From Balneolaceae bacterium (GTDB lineage Bacteria; Bacteroidota; Rhodothermia; Balneolales; Balneolaceae), in assembly GCA_021767245.1 (NCBI GenBank), contig JAASTO010000001.1, positions 1-51,360 of the forward strand: a stretch of 51,360 nucleotides of DNA. The letters are read 5' to 3'. Below, piece by piece: positions 28,302 to 35,940 of this stretch. Within the stretch, counting starts at the first letter, position 1; each line of letters begins with the position of its first letter. The notes below the pieces were generated by a model. The model saw only the letters and a list, made by a program, of their open reading frames with translations. It did not search any database and was not told the origin of the DNA. The position numbers and the translations under genes are program-made.

Positions 28302-29834
28302 TTAAGTATGAAGTTCAGCCAAACGTCCGGCATTGATCACTTTTTCTTCCTGAAAACTGTCTGCCATAAACTGAATACCATACGGCATTCCATCACTGTG
28401 TGTTCCGGCAGGCACGCTTATCCCGCAGATTCCCGCAAGATTTGCTGTGATCGTGTAAACATCGTTGAGGTACATTTGAACCGGATCATCCAGTTTGTCA
28501 CCAATTTCAAATGCCGTGGTTGGTGCCGTTGGACTTACGATCACATCCACCTTTTCAAAGGCTTTTTTGTAATCATCCTGTATAAGCCGACGTACTCTTT
28601 GAGCTTTTCCGTAATAAGCATCATAATAGCCGGAACTAAGCACATAGGTCCCCAGCATGATCCTTCTTTTAACTTCCTGCCCAAATCCTTCTGTTCTTGA
28701 TTTCTTGTAAAGTCGGATCAGTGCAGAATCCATTTTGGTCAACTGCTCCTGCAGAGCGATCTTTTCATCTCCGGTAGCTGACTCAAATTGTTGCCTGAGA
28801 GCTTCTTCCTCTTTTTTCAATTCATCCAAAACTTCTTCCTTATCGGCACGGTGACCATACCTGATCCCATCATAACGGGCAAGGTTACTTGAGGCTTCAG
28901 CTGTTGCTAAAACATAATAGGTTGCTATACCATATTTTGTATAGGGTAGTTTGATAGGAACCAGCTCGGCCCCATCAGCTTCAAGTTTTTTAAGTAAGCT
29001 TTCGATGCCTTCCTTTATCTCGGGATCCAGTCCGTCCCCAAAGAACTCTTCCGGTATACCAATCTTTATATTCTTATTGGGATTCAGTGCAGCATCCACA
29101 TAATTACCGGTTGCTTTCTGAGAAGATGTATTGTCTCTTTCGTCAAATCCTGCGATCACATCCAGAATTCTCGCTGTATCCTCTACGGAATGAGCCAGCG
29201 GGCCAATACAATCAAACGAAGAAGCAAATGCTACAAGTCCATAACGGGAAACACGTCCATACGTTGGTTTAAGTCCAACCACTCCACAATAGGACGCAGG
29301 CTGACGAATAGAACCACCGGTATCAGAGCCTAAGGTTGCCATCGCCATATCAGCAGCAACAGCCGCAGCACTACCACCGGAAGAACCGCCCGGTACTTTG
29401 TTCGTGTTATGAGGATTTTTCACCGGGCCGAAGTTGGTGTACTCATTGGCAGAACCCATGGCAAATTCATCCATATTCAATCGCCCAATGAGGATGGCAT
29501 CTTCGGCTAAAAGGCGTTCAATTACCGTGGCATTATACACACTTTCAAAGTCCTCGAGCATCTTTGACGCACAAGTCAGCTTCTTTCCTCGCTCAGAAAT
29601 GACATCTTTTATACCCAAAACCACACCGGCTAATTTACCGGCTTCACCCTTATCGATCTTTTTCTGGATCTCTTCGGCTTGCATTTTGGCCGCCTCAAAA
29701 TCCGTTGCCACGTAGGCATTTATTTCATCGTTTCGGGATTCAATGCGTGAGATGTAATGGTTTACAATATCGTTAAGTTGTACTTCTCCGCTTAAGACTT
29801 TTTCGCGAGTCTCTGAAATAGTCATGTAATTCAA
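28302..29834 (-). CDS. gatA: Asp/Glu-tRNA amidotransferase subunit A
   Basis: GGSSGGSAAAV, GSDTGGSIRQPA, KPTYGRVSRYG, EASSNLARYDG, EVKRRIMLGTY. Confidence 0.97.
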   Translation of the reverse strand: MNYMTISETREKVLSGEVQLNDIVNHYISRIESRNDEINAYVATDFEAAKMQAEEIQKKIDKGEAGKLAGVVLGIKDVISERGKKLTCASKMLEDFESVYNATVIERLLAEDAILIGRLNMDEFAMGSANEYTNFGPVKNPHNTNKVPGGSSGGSAAAVAADMAMATLGSDTGGSIRQPASYCGVVGLKPTYGRVSRYGLVAFASSFDCIGPLAHSVEDTARILDVIAGFDERDNTSSQKATGNYVDAALNPNKNIKIGIPEEFFGDGLDPEIKEGIESLLKKLEADGAELVPIKLPYTKYGIATYYVLATAEASSNLARYDGIRYGHRADKEEVLDELKKEEEALRQQFESATGDEKIALQEQLTKMDSALIRLYKKSRTEGFGQEVKRRIMLGTYVLSSGYYDAYYGKAQRVRRLIQDDYKKAFEKVDVIVSPTAPTTAFEIGDKLDDPVQMYLNDVYTITANLAGICGISVPAGTHSDGMPYGIQFMADSFQEEKVINAGRLAELHT

Positions 29835-29843
29835 TTTCTGCTT

Positions 29844-30062
29844 TTAATTGCTTTTTGAGGTGGTTTCTTCGTGATTTGCAGCGTCATTGATATCACGGGA
29901 ACTATCCTCTATTTCCTTTTTGATATCCTTTGAAGCCTGTCTGAATTCTTTGATACCTTGTCCCAATCCTCGGGCCAGTTCCGGAATTCGTTTAGCTCCA
30001 AATAAAACCAAAACTACAATAGCAATAATTAGAATTTCAGGGGCGCCTAAACTGTTAAACAT
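29844..30062 (-). CDS. tatA: Twin-arginine translocase TatA/E
   Basis: Likely start MFNSLGAPE at 30062; TM helix, FG hinge, PELARGLGQGIKEF amphipathic helix. Confidence 0.93.
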   Translation of the reverse strand: MFNSLGAPEILIIAIVVLVLFGAKRIPELARGLGQGIKEFRQASKDIKKEIEDSSRDINDAANHEETTSKSN

Positions 30063-30151
30063 AAAAATAATCCTCTCAGGATTTAGTTGATGTATTTGTG
30101 CGAAGATAACAATATTTTCGGCACGAATTTGGAACAAAAATTTAATTTATT

Positions 30152-30179
30152 CACTTGTGTTTTAATGACACTTGTGTTT
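30152..30179. repeat. 11-bp direct repeat CACTTGTGTTT x2 in a divergent promoter region
   Basis: Copies at 30152-30162 and 30169-30179. Confidence 0.7.
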
Positions 30180-30214
30180 ATTACACTCATTCATTTTAAA
30201 ATAATTACATACAT

Positions 30215-30469
30215 ATGATCTGGACTGTAGAATTAGCAGCTGCATTAGACGACGCCCCTTTCCCGGCCACACGAGAAGAACTTATAGAGTGGGCCGAAAG
30301 AAACGGACTGCCTAATCAGGTGATCGTCAATCTTGAAGAACTTGAAGAAATTGAACAAGGTGAGGAACCCGTTTACGAAGGTATCGAGGATATCTGGCCC
30401 GACTACATCCGAAAAGAGGATTTCTTTCACAACGAAGAAGACGAAGGATTCGATTACGACGACGTTTAA
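30215..30469 (+). CDS. DUF2795 family small acidic protein
   Basis: MIWTVELA..L.DAPFPATREELI...NL.EL...IEDIWPDY pattern. Confidence 0.85.
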   Translation: MIWTVELAAALDDAPFPATREELIEWAERNGLPNQVIVNLEELEEIEQGEEPVYEGIEDIWPDYIRKEDFFHNEEDEGFDYDDV

Positions 30470-30558
30470 ATGACAGACTCTTTAGGCAGAAGTTGCGGTT
30501 ACTTATTTTAATGTAGCCGGCCGCGTCCGACCTTCGTAACCCTTCATTCTGAAATGCC

Positions 30559-32967
30559 TTGCAAACACCTGATTCCCGACAACTCATATCAGCATTTCTG
30601 CTGTGTTTTATAACATGGGTTGGATCACTCTATCCCGCAAACATTCAGGCTCAGGACGCACCATCTGAGGAAAATACTGAAGATGTGGTTCGCAGGGTTC
30701 GTTTTTCGGGTAACGATGATATTAAAGATCGTACCCTTACCACCTTGGTTCGAACCCGAACAAATCGTGAGTTTTTAAATATTCCACAATTCACGCCATG
30801 GTATTCCTTGTGGAAAATATCCGGGGGACGATTTGGGGAGGAACCGGCTTACTTAGACCGGCAGACCGTTGCAAATGATATCGAGAGGATCTCATTGTAC
30901 TACGAGTCTCTTGGGTATTTTGATGTTGCGGTAGACACCTCTATTTCGGAATACAGAACCGATAAGATCGAGGTTTCATTTATCATTCAAGAAGGCCCAC
31001 AATATCATATCAACACAGTTACATACAGTGGGTTCCCCAGCTTTACTGAACCTAACAAACGTTTCGAATTTCTTCAGGAAGGTTCCTTTACCAGGGGAAG
31101 AATCAATGACACCACCTTCACGGTAAATCGACCATACAGCTCTCAGGCACTGAGCACCGAACAACAACGGCTCATAACTTTCCTTAAGGACAATGGGTAT
31201 GCTTCAGTACAAAGAGATTCAGTAATCGCATTGGTTAAAGAAGATACCACAGCCTCAAATTCACTGGATGTCATGTACCGTATCAAACCCGGCGGACAGT
31301 ATAAATTTGGGGATATCAGGGTGAGACTAAGTGACACCGAACCGCCTGTCAATTACGATGAAACTGACACGTTAAGCGGACCGCCTCACACCACGGACTC
31401 CACTTACACCATCTCTCTTTTTAAGGAATCCGGTGCACAATCAAAGTTCCGCTTGTTATCGGATCAGTTATTATTCAAACCCGGAGATCTATATAATCAC
31501 TCACTTTATCTGGAAACCGTCAATGAGTTTCAGAACCTGGGAATGCTTTACATACAGCGTTTCAGTCAGAATGAAGATCAGGTTCAACCCGATTTTACCA
31601 GGGAGGAAATACCAACTTATTTTGACCTGCAAACCCTGACCAAGCATAGTGTATCCACAGAACTGTTCGGCATGAAAAGATATGGTTACGGTACCGGTAT
31701 CGGAATTGACTACACCAATAATAACGTTTTTGGCAATGCTGAGAACCTGAGTATTGGGGCCAATGCCAGCTTTGAGTTTGTAAGTCCCTCGGTTTTGGAA
31801 GAGATCGACACCACCGCTACTCAATCTTCGGTGTTCAGAAGCTATGAATTAACCGCTGATTATTCGGTTCCACGTTTGAATTTCCCCTTTTCCTTTCTGG
31901 ATAACAGAACCGGATTTACCAGTGGAGTGACCCGTTACCTGCTTAGCTACAGCCGCTCCGATCAGCTACTGTTCGATATTAATTCTGATGTCGGTTTCAA
32001 CATGCGGTATGAGGTGAATCACACTCCTAATTACTCCAGTTTTCTGGATCTCATCGAGCTTGACCTGGTGGATACCAACCCTTCCTCCGCATATATCCGG
32101 AATCTCCGTAATGAATTCGGAACTGATACCCTAACCGATGGCACTATTGTGGACGCTTTTGAATTACAGCGTATCCTGGAGGATTTCAATCCGCAGATCT
32201 CATCCACCATTCGGTATACATTCCGAAGTCAAAACACGGACCTCATCAAAAGGAACAGAGGGTATTTCAGTGAATATTCTGTAGCCATTGGTGGTAATAT
32301 TCCCTACCTCATCGATAATTATTTAACCACACCGGGCACTTTGGAAGGCAATCTTCCCTCCCTGTTTGGGTTGAGCGATAACAGTCTTAGTTACAGCCGT
32401 TACATAAAATTATCGGCTGACTACCGAAAGTACTATCCCATCTCAGCTGACGGGGTGTTTGCATGGAGACTGTACGGTGGTTTTGCCCATCCTTACGGGA
32501 ACTCGACTTCCATTCCATTGAACCGTCGTTTCTTTGCCGGCGGCAGTAACGATATTCGCGGCTGGGCCCCTTTTCAGCTTGGTCCCGGAGATATCTCCAC
32601 TGACAATGTGAATATTCCAGGTGGTGAAATTAAGCTGGCTGCCTTTACAGAAGTACGGCAAACTTTTATTCGTGATTTTCTCGGAGCAAACTGGTTTGCC
32701 GCTCTTTTTGCGGATGCCGGTAACATCTGGTACGGACCCAGAAATGATTTCAGGGATGAAAACAATCAGGACAGGTTGGATCGAGGCCGTTTTCGGTTTG
32801 ATAATTTCTATAATCAGATTGCCGTTGCAGGTGGCCCCGGCCTGCGCCTTGACTGGGAATATGTTGTGGTACGGTTTGATTTTGCCTTCAGGCTGCACGA
32901 CCTTCAGTCTGGTTGGTTAAACAATAAGCAAGTATATTTTAACTTCGGTATCGGTCACTCCTTCTAA
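30559..32967 (+). CDS. Omp85 family (BamA/TamA-like) outer-membrane protein
   Basis: Signal peptide IQA|Q, POTRA-like repeats (YESLGYF, KDNGY), NNVFGNAE, RFFAGGSNDIRGW, C-terminal GIGHSF. Confidence 0.9.
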   Translation: MQTPDSRQLISAFLLCFITWVGSLYPANIQAQDAPSEENTEDVVRRVRFSGNDDIKDRTLTTLVRTRTNREFLNIPQFTPWYSLWKISGGRFGEEPAYLDRQTVANDIERISLYYESLGYFDVAVDTSISEYRTDKIEVSFIIQEGPQYHINTVTYSGFPSFTEPNKRFEFLQEGSFTRGRINDTTFTVNRPYSSQALSTEQQRLITFLKDNGYASVQRDSVIALVKEDTTASNSLDVMYRIKPGGQYKFGDIRVRLSDTEPPVNYDETDTLSGPPHTTDSTYTISLFKESGAQSKFRLLSDQLLFKPGDLYNHSLYLETVNEFQNLGMLYIQRFSQNEDQVQPDFTREEIPTYFDLQTLTKHSVSTELFGMKRYGYGTGIGIDYTNNNVFGNAENLSIGANASFEFVSPSVLEEIDTTATQSSVFRSYELTADYSVPRLNFPFSFLDNRTGFTSGVTRYLLSYSRSDQLLFDINSDVGFNMRYEVNHTPNYSSFLDLIELDLVDTNPSSAYIRNLRNEFGTDTLTDGTIVDAFELQRILEDFNPQISSTIRYTFRSQNTDLIKRNRGYFSEYSVAIGGNIPYLIDNYLTTPGTLEGNLPSLFGLSDNSLSYSRYIKLSADYRKYYPISADGVFAWRLYGGFAHPYGNSTSIPLNRRFFAGGSNDIRGWAPFQLGPGDISTDNVNIPGGEIKLAAFTEVRQTFIRDFLGANWFAALFADAGNIWYGPRNDFRDENNQDRLDRGRFRFDNFYNQIAVAGGPGLRLDWEYVVVRFDFAFRLHDLQSGWLNNKQVYFNFGIGHSF

Positions 32968-32983
32968 ACTCAATCCAGAAGCC

Positions 32984-33535
32984 ATGTTCGACAAATTGAA
33001 ACGACTGAAAGATCAGTCCAATATTGTTTTTAAATCTAAATTCCTGGCGAACCTGAATCCGGCAGAGCGCTATGAATTTCTGCAGCTTTGTCACCGAAGA
33101 AGCTATAAGGAAGGTGAATATGTGTTTTATAAGAATGACCCCGGAACCGGCATGTATTTCATAGAAGACGGCACCATTGAACTGACGGTTGGTGAACCGG
33201 AAAGCAGTTCTAATGATGAAGATAAACCGAATTCCCTTGAGCTTCACTCGCCGGATAGCTTTGGGGCTTTGTCGATAGGCTACAACCTCAGAAGAAAGAC
33301 CTCAGCCAGGTGCATGACCGATTGTGAGCTTCTCGGGTTTTTTAAACCAGATTTTGAAGTACTAAGAGATCGGCATCCCAAGATTGCAGTAAAATTTCTG
33401 CAAACCCTCACGAACAAAGCTCTCAAACAACTTGAAGTAACCACTAAAAAACTTTCGGAAGTAGCCGACGAACAGACCGCACTTAATTTACAAATTCAAT
33501 CCTATTACGAAGATACCTCAGAGGAATCAGTTTAA
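32984..33535 (+). CDS. Stand-alone cyclic-nucleotide-binding domain protein
   Basis: YKEGEYVF..NDPGTGMYFIEDG, SFGAL...RKTSARC; no obvious HTH. Confidence 0.82.
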   Translation: MFDKLKRLKDQSNIVFKSKFLANLNPAERYEFLQLCHRRSYKEGEYVFYKNDPGTGMYFIEDGTIELTVGEPESSSNDEDKPNSLELHSPDSFGALSIGYNLRRKTSARCMTDCELLGFFKPDFEVLRDRHPKIAVKFLQTLTNKALKQLEVTTKKLSEVADEQTALNLQIQSYYEDTSEESV

Positions 33536-33538
33536 TTT

Positions 33539-34948
33539 ATGGCACTAAAAAAAGGTCAGGAAGTAGAATTAGATATCATTGACGCCGCATTTAAAGGAAA
33601 AGGGTTAGCCAAGATGGACGGCCTCGCCGTTTTTGTTCCCGGAACCACCCCCGGCGATAAGGTCAAAGCCCGCATCATCAAAAAGAAGAAGAAACACCGG
33701 GAAGCCAAATTACTGGAGATCCTTGAACCCAGTGAGCATCGCATCGACCCTAAATGTCAACATGCCAATGTATGTGGTGGTTGCAGCTGGCAGCACATCC
33801 CCTACTCAAAACAAGTGGAATATAAGGGCCAACAGGTCAAGGATCATATCACACGGATAGGCCACCTAGATGGAGAGATCGTTAAGCCGGCCATTGCTTC
33901 AAATGAAGAGTTTTACTACCGGAATAAGATGGAATACAGCATCAGTTCACGGCGATGGCTGACTGAGGAAGAGATCAAAAGTGATGCCTATGTGGATGAC
34001 TCAGCATTTGCGGCCGGACTCCATGCTCCCGGAAGATTTGATAAGATCCTGAATCTCAAAGAATGCCATTTACAGGTTCCTGAGTCGTATCAGATACTGG
34101 ACTTCATTCGTAATTACTGCATTAAGCACGGCATAGAACCGTACGATACGCTAGAAAATACCGGCTTTATGCGGCACATTATGATCCGGAATTCGCACTA
34201 TACCGACGATTTTATGGTGAACCTGGTGACTTATCAGGATGATCAATCGGTGATGGAAAAACTGAAAGATGCCCTGCTCAATGAGTTCCCATTCATTACC
34301 ACCATCGTTAATAACATAAACGATACCAAAAGCCCGACCGCAGAAGGCCGTTACGAAAAAGTATTACACGGACCGGGTTTTGTTATTGATAAGATCGGTG
34401 ACTTCACTTTTAAAATTCACCCTAACGCATTCTTTCAGACCAATACCGCTCAGGCCGAAAAACTATACGACGTGGCTAAGGATTTTGCCGAGATCAAAGA
34501 CAATGATATTGTGTATGACCTCTACTGCGGTGTGGGAACCCTTAGTTTATATATGAGCCCAAAAGCCAAACATGTACTCGGTATCGAACTTGTGGATATT
34601 GCCGTTCAAAATGCACGCTTCAATGCTAAAGAAAATGAAGTAGATAATGTCTCCTTTATTAAGGGAGATATGAAAGACGTATTTACTCAAGAGGTTGTAG
34701 ATGAGTACGGAACCCCTAATGTCCTGATCACAGATCCACCCCGGGCAGGTATGCATCCGGATGTAGTGAATCGGCTTTGTGAGCTCAAAGTACCACGTAT
34801 TGTGTATGTGAGCTGTAACAGCTCAACCATGGCCAGGGACCTGAAAGAGCTGAAGGAAGTTTATGACATCGAGGTGGTTCAGCCTGTAGATATGTTCCCA
34901 CAGACCTACCACATTGAAGCCGTTGCCAAGCTGACACTCAAAGACTAA
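33539..34948 (+). CDS. rlmD: 23S rRNA m5U1939 methyltransferase
   Basis: TRAM domain, C..CGGC Fe-S motif, YRNKMEY, AFFQTN, DLYCGVG, DPPRAG, YVSCN, DMFPQTYHIE. Confidence 0.94.
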   Translation: MALKKGQEVELDIIDAAFKGKGLAKMDGLAVFVPGTTPGDKVKARIIKKKKKHREAKLLEILEPSEHRIDPKCQHANVCGGCSWQHIPYSKQVEYKGQQVKDHITRIGHLDGEIVKPAIASNEEFYYRNKMEYSISSRRWLTEEEIKSDAYVDDSAFAAGLHAPGRFDKILNLKECHLQVPESYQILDFIRNYCIKHGIEPYDTLENTGFMRHIMIRNSHYTDDFMVNLVTYQDDQSVMEKLKDALLNEFPFITTIVNNINDTKSPTAEGRYEKVLHGPGFVIDKIGDFTFKIHPNAFFQTNTAQAEKLYDVAKDFAEIKDNDIVYDLYCGVGTLSLYMSPKAKHVLGIELVDIAVQNARFNAKENEVDNVSFIKGDMKDVFTQEVVDEYGTPNVLITDPPRAGMHPDVVNRLCELKVPRIVYVSCNSSTMARDLKELKEVYDIEVVQPVDMFPQTYHIEAVAKLTLKD

Positions 34949-35751
34949 AAACTGTTATACAGAAACAAACCGTACCACACTATCGGAATGCTTTCCACCC
35001 AAAAAGAAGCGTAGTAAGGATGCTGATCTTCTTTGGCTTTCCAGATCGCCCACAGCGTGACCACAGCGATCAAAGCCGTGTACGACATCTCAGATTCAGA
35101 TATTATTGGGTTCAGAAATTGCAGCGATATAAATACAAGCAACAGACCTGAACCCAATAACCTGCTTTCTTTTACACCCAATATCTGAGGCAGGGTTCCT
35201 AACTCCTGTTCATCATATTTCAGGTCTCTGATCTCAAAAGGGATCGTCAACGCGATCACAAAGGCAAATCTTGATATCAATTCAAGGATCACCGATGATT
35301 GAACTAAATCAACTGAGTCTACCAAAGGAAATAGAACCGAAACCCCTGACCATGCTGCTGCGATCACAACGATCTTCCATCCCTTTACCATTCTGAGATT
35401 CTTACCTTTAAAAGCCGGTATGGCATAGAATAAGGTTAATATTCCAAAACCGGCCCCATAATAAATTACATTTTGAGAAACTTGTGTAGCCACATAGATC
35501 AGCCCCACCAAAGCCAAAAAGGTAAAAACCCTAAGTCCTTTAATACTAGCGGTAATTGAAAGGTGGTGTCGGTTTCCAACACCTGCATACTTCACGAAGT
35601 TATAACCCACAATAGTCCCCAATCCTACAAAAGCATACTCCCAGGCATCTGCTTTCAGATTAAACTCCGCGTAAGTTACTGCGCTTAGAGCTACGACAGC
35701 GAATGCCACATGAATACTGCTTTGAATGTAGAATTGAAATAGTTTTTTCAT
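34945..35751 (-). CDS. Multi-pass membrane protein, UbiA prenyltransferase-like
   Basis: About 8 TM segments; PFEIRDLKYD...GTLPQILG matches the second UbiA Asp-rich motif, first motif not evident; likely ATG at 35751. Confidence 0.6.
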   Translation of the reverse strand: MKKLFQFYIQSSIHVAFAVVALSAVTYAEFNLKADAWEYAFVGLGTIVGYNFVKYAGVGNRHHLSITASIKGLRVFTFLALVGLIYVATQVSQNVIYYGAGFGILTLFYAIPAFKGKNLRMVKGWKIVVIAAAWSGVSVLFPLVDSVDLVQSSVILELISRFAFVIALTIPFEIRDLKYDEQELGTLPQILGVKESRLLGSGLLLVFISLQFLNPIISESEMSYTALIAVVTLWAIWKAKEDQHPYYASFWVESIPIVWYGLFLYNSF

Positions 35752-35940
35752 AATATATTTTACCAAACAGAATAAGTGATGGCATAAGATAGTTCATCCG
35801 GAAGGCTGAATTTACCATGATTTTATGACATGATCATAAAGCTGTGGATTGTGTTCCGCTTTAATTAGTGACACTATTTTACTTGTTTCAATCTCACTAA
35901 TCTATATATTCGCACCAAGTCAATAATTAATGTAACGTTT

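Noticed and set aside
30470-30558. GC-richer spacer after DUF2795 as a possible ncRNA or riboswitch
   Set aside because: Only 89 nt, with no convincing stem set or recognisable RNA motif.
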